A DNA stretch of 64,000 bases, taken from IMG/VR virus record IMGVR_UViG_3300044619_001118, positions 1 to 64,000 of that record; one strand, given 5' to 3'. Origin of the DNA: a virus. Position numbers and translations under genes: made by a program. A model generated the notes under the pieces. It did not search any database. It was not told the DNA's origin and worked only from the letters and a program-made list of their open reading frames with translations. Positions 29,599-38,773 of this stretch are shown here, piece after piece. How positions within the stretch are numbered: the first letter of the stretch is position 1; the number at the start of each line of letters is the position of its first letter.

Positions 29599-30368
29599 AA
29601 TTAGATGTAATTTTACGAACTCATGATAAACGAGAAATACACATTTCAAAATCACTTCGTTATTGTGGTGTCAATAAAACGACGGTAGTAAAAAAATGTG
29701 TAAAGTCTCTTATAGAATCGTGTAATAATTCAGAACACGATATAACCTATTGGTGGTATGATGACCACTCTTCTGAAGAAACAATACAAGAATTACACGA
29801 ATTTTTTAGTAAGTCAAAACACCCATACAACTTTATTCCACTGGAAGAAGAAGGTTGGCGGTCAAGTGGTTTAGCTCAATTTGAACGTGGTAGAGATTCT
29901 GATGCTGATTTAGTTTACTTTGTAGAAGATGATTATCTTCATTATCCATCCGCAATCGATGAGATGGTTGATGCTTATACTACGTTCAAGAAAAATTTGG
30001 GTAAAGAAATTTCAATCCATCCATTTGATGACCCAGATAATTACCTTCCGGTTTGGATTGAACCTTGCCGTATTGTTTACGGAAAAAATCGTCATTGGAG
30101 AACAAATCTACATACAACATTTACATTTCTCTGTAATCCAGAATTGGTTCGTGCAAATTGGCACATCTTCTATACCATGGCAACTGAGTATGGTACTGTT
30201 TGGGGTGAGATGAATTACGTCAACGAATCAACGATGGTCAATAAACTGTGGAGAGATGACGTAACTTTGTTTACACCGATTCCGTCAGTAGCTTTACACA
30301 TGGCATATGAAACACAGAAAGACCCTTATTTGGATTGGAAAGAACTTTGGGATAGGTTTGAAATATGA
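29595..30368 (+). CDS. GT-A fold (GT2-like) glycosyltransferase
   Basis: YDDHS and LVYFVEDDYLH (DxD-like) motifs; ATGA coupled to neighbours. Confidence 0.7.
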   Translation: MKLDVILRTHDKREIHISKSLRYCGVNKTTVVKKCVKSLIESCNNSEHDITYWWYDDHSSEETIQELHEFFSKSKHPYNFIPLEEEGWRSSGLAQFERGRDSDADLVYFVEDDYLHYPSAIDEMVDAYTTFKKNLGKEISIHPFDDPDNYLPVWIEPCRIVYGKNRHWRTNLHTTFTFLCNPELVRANWHIFYTMATEYGTVWGEMNYVNESTMVNKLWRDDVTLFTPIPSVALHMAYETQKDPYLDWKELWDRFEI

Positions 30369-30976
30369 ATAAAAGAGACGATTTAAAATATGACTATGAT
30401 TGGTTTAGTAAGAATTTAGCAGAAATTCTTTTTTCGGTAAAACCAACAATAAAAGAAATTAAAAATCCAAAAATACTTGAAATCGGTGGATTTGAAGGAC
30501 GGTCTACTAGATGGTTTATCGAAAACTTTCTAAACGATGGCGGAGAATTGCATTGTATTGATACATGGGAAGGTAGTTTGGAACACGATGAAATGGACAT
30601 GGATTTCTCCAGTATCTACGATGTGTTTTCTCACAACCTTCGAGAATATATTGATGACGGAACTTGTATAGTTCATCGTGGTATGTCAAAAGATATTTTA
30701 CCAAAACTTTTATCAGAAGGACATCAATTTGATTTTATCTATGTTGACGGAAGTCACCTTGCATCGGATGTTATTATTGATGGAGTTCTTTCTTATCTAT
30801 TATTAAAAACGGGTGGTATTCTTGCTTTTGACGATTATATGTATGGGTACACGGATAAAAGACCGTATGATATACCACACCATGCAATAAACTTCTTTGA
30901 TTCTGCATTTAGAGACAGAGGAAGAATTGAACTTCTCGGTTTAAATTTAATGGCAACTTATAAAAAGTTAGAATAA
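30365..30976 (+). CDS. Class I SAM-dependent methyltransferase (Methyltransf_24-like)
   Basis: ILEIGGFEGRST, CIDTWEGS, FDFIYVDGSH, LKTGGILAFDDY. Confidence 0.85.
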   Translation: MNKRDDLKYDYDWFSKNLAEILFSVKPTIKEIKNPKILEIGGFEGRSTRWFIENFLNDGGELHCIDTWEGSLEHDEMDMDFSSIYDVFSHNLREYIDDGTCIVHRGMSKDILPKLLSEGHQFDFIYVDGSHLASDVIIDGVLSYLLLKTGGILAFDDYMYGYTDKRPYDIPHHAINFFDSAFRDRGRIELLGLNLMATYKKLE

Positions 30977-31020
30977 CATCATACCATCATATTTATATTT
31001 ATTAGTAGAATGGAGTAAAT

Positions 31021-31470
31021 ATGAGATACGTGTATGTCCAAGACGAACAAGTAATAGAAGGGCCGGTAATGTTACCAATAAATTGGAATAACATTTCCAA
31101 TTTTAATGTATTAGATAACATTACTCTTAAATCATATGGGTGGTATCCACACAGATTTTTAGAGATACCATTGAACGATGATGAAGTGTATGATGGTAGT
31201 TATTATGTTATAGAAGAAAATGAAGTCGTTGAGTATCAAAGAAAACGCCAAAAGACACAGGAAGAAATCCAAAGTGAAATTAATGGTAGATGGGATAACA
31301 TTAGGTCACGGAGAAATATATTACTCGGAGAATCTGATTGGACACAACTTGCAGATGTTTCATTGTCAGATGAAAAAAAAGAAGAATGGAAATTGTATCG
31401 CCAATCACTAAGAGACATAACAAATTTCGATAGTCCAGACCACGTAATATGGCCAAATAAGCCGGAGTAA
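31021..31470 (+). CDS. Tail fibre assembly chaperone
   Basis: C-terminal W..IR..RN.LL.ESDWTQL.D....W..YRQ.LRDIT.....V.WP..P pattern. Confidence 0.8.
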   Translation: MRYVYVQDEQVIEGPVMLPINWNNISNFNVLDNITLKSYGWYPHRFLEIPLNDDEVYDGSYYVIEENEVVEYQRKRQKTQEEIQSEINGRWDNIRSRRNILLGESDWTQLADVSLSDEKKEEWKLYRQSLRDITNFDSPDHVIWPNKPE

Positions 31471-31473
31471 TGA

Positions 31474-33738
31474 ATGCAAAAACTTGTTGAAGAAATAGTA
31501 AACGAACTTAAACTGCAACTTTTTAATGAGGAAGATAAAGGTGATAAAACTATCATTGCAATTTATCCTGGCCGTTTTCAACCGATGGGTTCCCATCATA
31601 AAGCTGCTTATGACTGGTTGGCTAAACAATTCGGTGAAAAGAATACTTACATTGTTACTTCCGATAAAACAGACCCTCAAAGGTCTCCTTTTTCTTTTGC
31701 AGAAAAGAAGAAAATCATAAATAAACACGGTATTAAAAACGTTGTAAAAGTAGTTAGTCCTTATAATCCACAAGAATTACTTCAAAAATTTGACCCAAAG
31801 AAAACGGTTATCGTTTACATGATTGGTGAAAAAGATTCTGGTAGATTATCTGGATATAAACGTCTTATGAAGTATAATAAGACAACTGCAATTCCGTATA
31901 AAGATATAAGTAATCCATATGCGTACTATGTTTATGCGCCTCATATTTCAATGAATATACCAAGTTTTGGTGAAATGTCAGGCACAAATATTCGTAAGGC
32001 ACTTAGTGATAGAGCTGCAAAATTATCTGAGTTAAAATCGAGATTTAAATCGATTATGGGTTGGTTTGATGCAGACATCTTCAATATGGTAATTGGTAAG
32101 ATGAATACAAATCGTGGTAATTTGGAAGAATCTGTTGGAAACTGGATTACTAACTTACATAATATGTCTGCGGAACAATCAAAAAAATTCTTGAGTATCC
32201 TGAAGAAAGAATACAATGATACAAAAGATTTGATTCCTATCTTCAGAAAATATATGAGAACAAAGTCTCTTACTCAAAAAGAACGTGAGACAATAGTTAC
32301 TCAATTAAGAGATATTGCAAAAATTATGGGACTTGGTGCGATTGCAATTGCACCGATACCCGGTAGTGAATTTCTGATACCACCAATTATTTCTCTCGGT
32401 AGAAAGTATGGTGTAAACTTACTACCTGAAAACGAAGAAAAGAAATCGGAATCTCTTCCAATTGTAAAGAGAGAATTTTGGGACAAGGTGTTCGAAGAAG
32501 TTTTGAACGAAGAAACACTCATTGCAGAAGGTGGAGTTGCAGGTCACATGACTCACCCATTTGAAGATATGGGTCTTACATTTGGTGATATGAAAGAAAT
32601 GTTCCGACTTGGATTATCTGGTGAAATAACAACAACAGGTGCACCATCTGAAAAGTTAGATGGACAAAATCTGTTTGTTACGTTCAAGAAAGGTAAACTA
32701 TATGCTGCAAGAAATAAGGGTGACATTAAATCCGGTGGTATGGATTACAAATCTATAAAGACAAAATTTGCAGGACGTGGAGAAATAGAACGAGCCTTCA
32801 CTTATGCATTCAGAGACTTAGAACAAGCAATCCAAAATCTAACTGAAAAACAACAACAAAAGATTTTCAAAAACGGAACTGCGTGGATGAATCTTGAAGT
32901 TATGTACCCTGAAAGTGCAAACGTTATAAACTATGACGGTGCATACATTGTTTTTCACGGAAGTTCTTTGTATAATAAAGAAGGTATAAAAGTAGAAGAT
33001 TATCCAGAGTATGCGAATATTCTTGCTGGTATGATTAAACAAGTAAATGCCGATACACAAAAAACATTCAGTATTTCCAAACCAAAGAAACTTACGATTG
33101 CAAAATCAAAGAATTTCAAACAAAAACTTCAATATTTTACAGACCAACTTACTAAACTTCAAAATGAAATGAATTGCAAAGATTCAGATACTCTTGGTAT
33201 GTGGCATCAACGTTGGTGGGAAAATTATATTAAGACTAACTCAAAGAGATTGAATGTTAAAGTTGATGAAAAAACAATGCAAGGTCTTGTTAAAAGATGG
33301 GCTTTTTATGATAAGTCATTTGTTTTGAATACTGCAAATATTCCAAATGCAGAACTTTTAGGTTGGGCAAAGGAAGTTGATAAAACAAAACTTCAAGAAC
33401 AACAAAAGAAAAACATCAAACCATTCGAACTTCTTGTTTTGAAATTTGGTGCTGAAGTTCTTAAAAATGTTAGTGATGTAATGGCACTAAACCCAGAAAA
33501 AACAACACAAAAGATACGGAAGGACGTTGAAGACGCAATCCAAACACTTTCAAATTCAACAGACGTGAATGATTTGAAAGTTTTGAAAACACAACTTTCT
33601 CGTATTAAAGCTGCTGGTGGAATGAATTCAATCGTCCCACTCGAAGGTATCGTATTTAACTTTAATGGTAAGTCATATAAGTTAACAGGTGCATTTGCAC
33701 CAGTAAATCAATTACTTGGTTATTTTAAATTTGGTTGA
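31474..33738 (+). CDS. Fusion of an HxGH-like (cytidyltransferase/NMNAT-fold) nucleotidyltransferase and a ligase-like (KxDG) nucleotidyltransferase domain
   Basis: N-terminal IYPGRFQPMGSHH, PFSFAEK, GEKD, MSGTNIR; C-terminal HMTHPFED, EKLDGQN, ARNK, NLEV, EGIVF, YKL. Confidence 0.6.
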   Translation: MQKLVEEIVNELKLQLFNEEDKGDKTIIAIYPGRFQPMGSHHKAAYDWLAKQFGEKNTYIVTSDKTDPQRSPFSFAEKKKIINKHGIKNVVKVVSPYNPQELLQKFDPKKTVIVYMIGEKDSGRLSGYKRLMKYNKTTAIPYKDISNPYAYYVYAPHISMNIPSFGEMSGTNIRKALSDRAAKLSELKSRFKSIMGWFDADIFNMVIGKMNTNRGNLEESVGNWITNLHNMSAEQSKKFLSILKKEYNDTKDLIPIFRKYMRTKSLTQKERETIVTQLRDIAKIMGLGAIAIAPIPGSEFLIPPIISLGRKYGVNLLPENEEKKSESLPIVKREFWDKVFEEVLNEETLIAEGGVAGHMTHPFEDMGLTFGDMKEMFRLGLSGEITTTGAPSEKLDGQNLFVTFKKGKLYAARNKGDIKSGGMDYKSIKTKFAGRGEIERAFTYAFRDLEQAIQNLTEKQQQKIFKNGTAWMNLEVMYPESANVINYDGAYIVFHGSSLYNKEGIKVEDYPEYANILAGMIKQVNADTQKTFSISKPKKLTIAKSKNFKQKLQYFTDQLTKLQNEMNCKDSDTLGMWHQRWWENYIKTNSKRLNVKVDEKTMQGLVKRWAFYDKSFVLNTANIPNAELLGWAKEVDKTKLQEQQKKNIKPFELLVLKFGAEVLKNVSDVMALNPEKTTQKIRKDVEDAIQTLSNSTDVNDLKVLKTQLSRIKAAGGMNSIVPLEGIVFNFNGKSYKLTGAFAPVNQLLGYFKFG

Positions 33739-33777
33739 TATTTATAGAATATAGTTTCATTCTAATTTTGGTGGTAT

Positions 33778-34392
33778 ATGGCGGACATAAAAATTGACAA
33801 CATACAAGACGTTAAAAAACTTTTACGAGGAGAACATCAATCTCAAAATACCATACAGGTTGGTTACAAACCAACTGAAGAACCGAAGGTTACAAGAGAA
33901 ATCGGTGATAGATGGTTTGATTCAGATGGTAATGAATGGGAACAAAAGAATGGGTATATTGCAAAACTTGGTAAAGAATGGCAACAAGATTTGCACAAGT
34001 ATCTCAATGAGTTTCCAAATTGTCCAAAAGAAAGTTGTACCTGTGGTGTCCCTAAAAGATTAGATGATAAGATGAAGAAAATACACGGTATGTGTTTTGA
34101 TTGTGTGGTTGACATGGAACATCAAATTAGATTAGATGGTAAATGGGAAGAATACGAACGTGAAAAGGTAAAATTAAACGCACTTGCTTGGCTACAAGAA
34201 GCAGAGAAGGATAAAAATTTAATAGCAGAGGAACTTTCAAAAGTAGAATTTGCAAATAGTTTCGGTGATGCCGAGAAATGGGATACTGGCACCACAAAGG
34301 AACAAATTCTTCAAAAGATAGAAGATGAGTTTCAAAAGTTTCGTGAAGATTTTATTCAGAAATTGGAGAACCCGGATGATGGAACAACTTAA
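33778..34392 (+). CDS. Hypothetical protein with putative Zn-binding motif
   Basis: 204 aa; CPKESCTC ... HGMCFDC. Confidence 0.7.
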   Translation: MADIKIDNIQDVKKLLRGEHQSQNTIQVGYKPTEEPKVTREIGDRWFDSDGNEWEQKNGYIAKLGKEWQQDLHKYLNEFPNCPKESCTCGVPKRLDDKMKKIHGMCFDCVVDMEHQIRLDGKWEEYEREKVKLNALAWLQEAEKDKNLIAEELSKVEFANSFGDAEKWDTGTTKEQILQKIEDEFQKFREDFIQKLENPDDGTT

Positions 34393-34609
34393 AGCTGGAT
34401 TATCGTCAATGATTTCAGACGTTGATGGTTCAGTATCTTCTAAAAGAGTTGTAACGTTTTTGTGTGTAGCCGCTATGTTGATAACATGGTGTGCAAATCT
34501 TTTTTGGGGATTTCAAATCACAGAGTTTATCTTTGAAGGTTTGATGTATATCATCATCGTTGGTCTTGGTGTTGCAACGGCTGAGAAGTTCACACGAAAA
34601 GGGCAATAA
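34376..34609 (+). CDS. Small two-TM membrane protein, holin-like
   Basis: Start moved to ATG 34376 (GGAG upstream); SSKRV followed by two hydrophobic helices and a basic C-terminus. Confidence 0.5.
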   Translation: MMEQLKAGLSSMISDVDGSVSSKRVVTFLCVAAMLITWCANLFWGFQITEFIFEGLMYIIIVGLGVATAEKFTRKGQ

Positions 34610-34611
34610 GT

Positions 34612-35187
34612 ATGGCAAAAGAGATTGTTATAGAACGCAATGTGCCTACTAACAAGAAATTGTATAGTAGTGTAAAGTCACGTATTAAGAAGAAATTTAA
34701 AGTATGGCCGAGTGCGTATGCCTCGGCCGCACTTGTTAAAGCATACAAAGCCGCCGGTGGTGGTTATCGTAAAGTAAAAGAAACAATTCAAAACCCAGAG
34801 TATCGTTTGGAATCATATAAAACAAACGAATGTGGTAAAATCGTAGAATTAAATTTTGCAATTCAAGAAGGTAAAGATTTTCTTGGTGAAGCTGAATATC
34901 GTGGACGTAAAGTCTCTCTTGGTAAACCTTTCAGAACACCATCCGGCCCAAAGAAATTTTCTGTATATGTGAAAAACCCAAAGGGTAATATTGTAAAAGT
35001 AAACTTTGGTCATTTGGGTACTGGTGGTAAAAAGACGATGAAGATAAAGAAGTCAGACCCACAACGTCGTAAATCATTCCGTGCAAGACATAATTGTGAT
35101 ACTCCAGGTCCTCGTCATAAAGCACGTTACTGGAGTTGCCGATTCGGATGGCCTTCATCTGGTAAGGGTTCTATTGATAAGACATAA
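34612..35187 (+). CDS. Basic two-domain protein, probable head-internal nucleic-acid-binding protein
   Basis: WPSAYAS..LVKAYK..GG.Y domain and KKFSVYVK..VKVNFG..RRKSFRARHNC..ARYWSC domain joined by FLGEAEY. Confidence 0.6.
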   Translation: MAKEIVIERNVPTNKKLYSSVKSRIKKKFKVWPSAYASAALVKAYKAAGGGYRKVKETIQNPEYRLESYKTNECGKIVELNFAIQEGKDFLGEAEYRGRKVSLGKPFRTPSGPKKFSVYVKNPKGNIVKVNFGHLGTGGKKTMKIKKSDPQRRKSFRARHNCDTPGPRHKARYWSCRFGWPSSGKGSIDKT

Positions 35188-35190
35188 GTT

Positions 35191-36042
35191 ATGAATGCTG
35201 CAACATTCAATCTTCTCTTAACACCTTACTTTGAATCTCACTTACCACAAAGTAGGTCAGATGCCGCCGATGCAATTGCAACTGCATACCATCTATCGAA
35301 CATAGGTCAAACAACAACAATGTTTGGTGCACCTCTGATAAATGCAGATAAGACGGTATTAAAAACTTTTATCGAATTATCACTTGATATAAATTTCTAC
35401 GGGTCACAAACAAAAGCAATATTAAGTTCAATTATAGCCAGTATAACATCTACGATAAAAGAATTACAAGCTGGTTCTAAAACGGCTCTAAGAGACGCAC
35501 AACAATTCATATCGGTTCAAATAAATTCATTAGTTTCCTCATTACCTGCACCACTTGCATTTTTAGGTGGGATTATATCTGGACTGATTGACTCTATAAT
35601 AGGTCAACTCGTTTCTCAATTAAACGCCGGTATAGATAAAATATCAGAGGAAATCTATAACAAGTTAAGAAAACTACAAGGTATAATTGATTCTTTGGAT
35701 GTTTCTGGTATTGCATACACAGTAATGGCATCTGGATTTTCTTTGTATTGGTTGACTGCGGTTATGTCTCCTATGCCACCTATGCCGCCTTGTATTGCAC
35801 CAACTGGCGGTACTACCATACTTTTTCCAGGTTCACCAATACCCTTGAATAAAGATTTAAAAGAAACATTCAAATCTGCACAATCAACTCCCGAAGCAAT
35901 TGTAAAATTGTATAATTCTTTGATTGGTCATCAATTAACAGTGGCAGGAATATACACAGGAATAATACCTTTATTTCCATCACCTGTTCCGGGACCACCT
36001 ATTCCGTGGTTTGGTTTATTGAATATACCTTTACCAAATTAA
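35191..36042 (+). CDS. Hypothetical protein with hydrophobic/amphipathic helices and Pro-rich motifs
   Basis: 283 aa; SPMPPMPPC and PVPGPPIPW. Confidence 0.65.
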   Translation: MNAATFNLLLTPYFESHLPQSRSDAADAIATAYHLSNIGQTTTMFGAPLINADKTVLKTFIELSLDINFYGSQTKAILSSIIASITSTIKELQAGSKTALRDAQQFISVQINSLVSSLPAPLAFLGGIISGLIDSIIGQLVSQLNAGIDKISEEIYNKLRKLQGIIDSLDVSGIAYTVMASGFSLYWLTAVMSPMPPMPPCIAPTGGTTILFPGSPIPLNKDLKETFKSAQSTPEAIVKLYNSLIGHQLTVAGIYTGIIPLFPSPVPGPPIPWFGLLNIPLPN

Positions 36043-36067
36043 AAATAAATTGTGTATATTTATTCTT

Positions 36068-36412
36068 ATGACACAGTGTCAAGAACATATCGCAAAATTA
36101 GTTATCCGTGAATACGTGAAGGAATATCTCATGGAAGGAAAGAAACCTTCTGGTGGATTAACCAAATGGTTCAGGGAAAAATGGGTGGATATTTCTCGAA
36201 AAACAAAATCGGGTGGTCATCCTCCATGTGGTGCATCCGCTGGTTCAAAGCAGAGAAAAGGTGGTAAGAGAGCTTATCCAAAATGTGTTCCTGTTAGTAA
36301 AGCATCTGGTATGTCATCCAAACAGAAGAAAAGTGCGGTATCACGTAAACGTAAACATGGTTCAACTGGACGTGGTAAAGCAAAATTTGTATCAACGAAT
36401 CCGAGTAAGTAA
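36068..36412 (+). CDS. Basic hypothetical protein (GLxxWFxExWVD..CG..YPKC type)
   Basis: ATG at 36068 in frame with the track ORF; very Lys/Arg-rich. Confidence 0.65.
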   Translation: MTQCQEHIAKLVIREYVKEYLMEGKKPSGGLTKWFREKWVDISRKTKSGGHPPCGASAGSKQRKGGKRAYPKCVPVSKASGMSSKQKKSAVSRKRKHGSTGRGKAKFVSTNPSK

Positions 36413-36733
36413 ATGATAAAGAACATTATTATGAACATTCTAATACCAATAATCGCCATCGGTGGTGTTGGTATGGCTATTTATTCTTCTATGATGCAAG
36501 ATGAACGAGTAACGGAGAATATGAGAATTGCCGATTCACTTCGTGCAGAAGTAGACAAATATCATCAAAAGTATGACAGTATTCTTGTTGTTGCACAATT
36601 ATTAGATTCTGCCGTTACCCATCAAGAAGAAACGGTAAAGATAGTAAAACAAACATTTGTAAAATACAAAACACCACCAATCAATCATTCAGATTCGGCG
36701 GTAAAATTTTTAGAAGAATTCATCGAGGAGTGA
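36413..36733 (+). CDS. N-anchored membrane protein with coiled coil (i-spanin-like)
   Basis: N-terminal TM ILIPIIAIGGVGMAIY followed by a helical segment. Confidence 0.45.
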   Translation: MIKNIIMNILIPIIAIGGVGMAIYSSMMQDERVTENMRIADSLRAEVDKYHQKYDSILVVAQLLDSAVTHQEETVKIVKQTFVKYKTPPINHSDSAVKFLEEFIEE

Positions 36734-36734
36734 T

Positions 36735-37112
36735 ATGAAATGGACATTACCAATTTTATTTCTGCTTGCGGTTATTACATCAAATGGGCAATCACAAGAT
36801 TCAGTAGTTTGTTTGCCAAAAAGTAACATACTTACTCTTGCTAACAAAATCCAATTATTAAAAGACACTATCCGTTGGCAAAAAGATATAATCATTGCAC
36901 AAGATACTCTTGTTAGTACACAAAAACAACGAGCACTTGTTTACGAAAGTCAATTAGAAAACCGTCAGACTGTAATCAATTTGATGGAACAGGAAAATAA
37001 GAAACTCCGTGAGACTATTGATATTATGATGCCAAAGTGGTATGATAATAAATGGTTGTGGCTAGGTGGTGGTGCAACGGTTGCAACAATCATTTTGGGC
37101 GTGATATTGTAA
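36735..37112 (+). CDS. Signal-peptide protein with coiled coil and C-terminal TM (spanin-like partner)
   Basis: MKWTLPILFLLAVITSNG|Q signal, coiled coil, C-terminal WLWLGGGATVATIILGVIL; GAGGAG upstream. Confidence 0.5.
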   Translation: MKWTLPILFLLAVITSNGQSQDSVVCLPKSNILTLANKIQLLKDTIRWQKDIIIAQDTLVSTQKQRALVYESQLENRQTVINLMEQENKKLRETIDIMMPKWYDNKWLWLGGGATVATIILGVIL

Positions 37113-38710
37113 TGATTCAACAAAACAAAACGTTACGTGATATAATCAAAGAAGAGTATGTAAAATGTGCCGCTAATCCGGTATATTTTATGAAAAAATA
37201 CGCCAAGATTCAACACCCTGTACGTGGTAAAATTCTATTTGAACTGTGGGACTTTCAGGAGGATGTTCTTCGTGATTTTCAAAACCACAGATATAACATC
37301 TGTTTGAAATCCCGTCAGTTGGGTATCTCAACTCTTATAGCTGGTTATTCTCTTTGGTTGATGTTATTTCAAACTGACCAAAATATTCTCGTTATTGCCA
37401 CGAAACAAGAGACTGCTAAGAACCTTGTAACAAAGGTTCGAGTCATGTATGATAATCTTCCATCTTGGTTGAAGACCTCTGTAATCGAAGACAACAAATT
37501 GTCACTTCGTTTCAAGAATGGTTCGCAAATAAAGGCTGTATCTGCCGCCGCTGATGCAGCTCGTTCTGAAGCTCTATCTCTTCTTATTATTGACGAGGGA
37601 GCGTTCATTGATAACATCGAGGAAATTTGGGCCTCTGCACAGTCTACAATCAACACTGGCGGTTCTGCAATTATCAACTCGACTCCTAACGGGGTTGGTA
37701 ATTTTTATCACAAACAGTGGGTTAATGCAAAGACTGGTAGAAGTGCATTTAATCCAATCTTCCTACACTGGACTGTTCACCCTGAACGTGACCAAGCTTG
37801 GAGAGACCAACAAGACATCATTCTTGGCCCAGCACTTGCTGCCCAAGAGTGTGATGGTGACTTCCTTTCATCGGGTAACTCTGTTGTTGACGGTAATATC
37901 ATCGACTGGTATCAGAAAACGTATATAACAGAACCAAAAGAAAGAAGAGGTGCAGAAGACGCACTTTGGATATGGGATTATCCTGACCCAAATAAATCTT
38001 ACATGATTTCTGCGGACGTTGCTCGTGGTGATGGAAAAGACTATTCTGCCTTTCATATCATTGACATTGAAAACGTAGAGCAAGTTGCGGAGTATCAAGG
38101 TAAGTTAGACACCAAATCATTTGGCAATCTTCTTGTATCTCTTGCAACTGAATACAATGATGCCTTACTTGTAGTTGAAAATGCTAATATTGGTTGGGCA
38201 GTAATCCAACAAATAATTGACCGTGGTTATCCAAATCTTTACTACACGTATAAAGAAGATGGTTATACCGACCCATCGGTTCACATACCGAAGGGATATG
38301 ACCTCAAGGATAAATCACAGATGGTTCCTGGATTTACAAACAGTTCAAAGACAAGACCACTTATCGTTTCGAAGTATGAGATGTATTTCAGAGAAAGAGT
38401 GCCAATTATTAAGTCGAATCGTCTTGCAGAAGAAATGTTCGTGTTTATTTGGAACGGTGGTAGAGCAGAAGCCCAAACGGGATATAATGATGACTTAGTA
38501 ATGTCATTCGCTATCGGAATGTGGGTCAGAGATACTGCTTTGAAACTTCGTCAAGAGGGTTTGATGAAAACAAAATTGAGTTTGGAATATATGAAAAAGT
38601 CAACACAGGTTTATAATCCGGCTATGAGAAACGATATGAAGAAAGATTCTGGCTGGGCAATGGATGTTGGTGATAATAAACCAAGTGAAGATTTGACGTG
38701 GTTAATGTAA
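37112..38710 (+). CDS. terL: Terminase large subunit (T4 gp17-like)
   Basis: LKSRQLGIST Walker A, LLIIDEGAF Walker B, STPNG, nuclease ADVARGDGKDYS and NDDLVM. Start taken as ATG 37112. Confidence 0.95.
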   Translation: MIQQNKTLRDIIKEEYVKCAANPVYFMKKYAKIQHPVRGKILFELWDFQEDVLRDFQNHRYNICLKSRQLGISTLIAGYSLWLMLFQTDQNILVIATKQETAKNLVTKVRVMYDNLPSWLKTSVIEDNKLSLRFKNGSQIKAVSAAADAARSEALSLLIIDEGAFIDNIEEIWASAQSTINTGGSAIINSTPNGVGNFYHKQWVNAKTGRSAFNPIFLHWTVHPERDQAWRDQQDIILGPALAAQECDGDFLSSGNSVVDGNIIDWYQKTYITEPKERRGAEDALWIWDYPDPNKSYMISADVARGDGKDYSAFHIIDIENVEQVAEYQGKLDTKSFGNLLVSLATEYNDALLVVENANIGWAVIQQIIDRGYPNLYYTYKEDGYTDPSVHIPKGYDLKDKSQMVPGFTNSSKTRPLIVSKYEMYFRERVPIIKSNRLAEEMFVFIWNGGRAEAQTGYNDDLVMSFAIGMWVRDTALKLRQEGLMKTKLSLEYMKKSTQVYNPAMRNDMKKDSGWAMDVGDNKPSEDLTWLM

Positions 38711-38773
38711 AAGTGTATTAAAAAATACTTCCGTATATTTATATGTATGAATTCATAATTAAACAGGTAACAA

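Noticed and set aside
37052-37111. Track's extended N-terminus of the terminase (MVVARWWCNGC...)
   Set aside because: Overlaps the upstream gene; ATG 37112 abuts that gene's stop (TAATG coupling). Similar start corrections made at 34376, 36068, 42376, 45348 and 57585.
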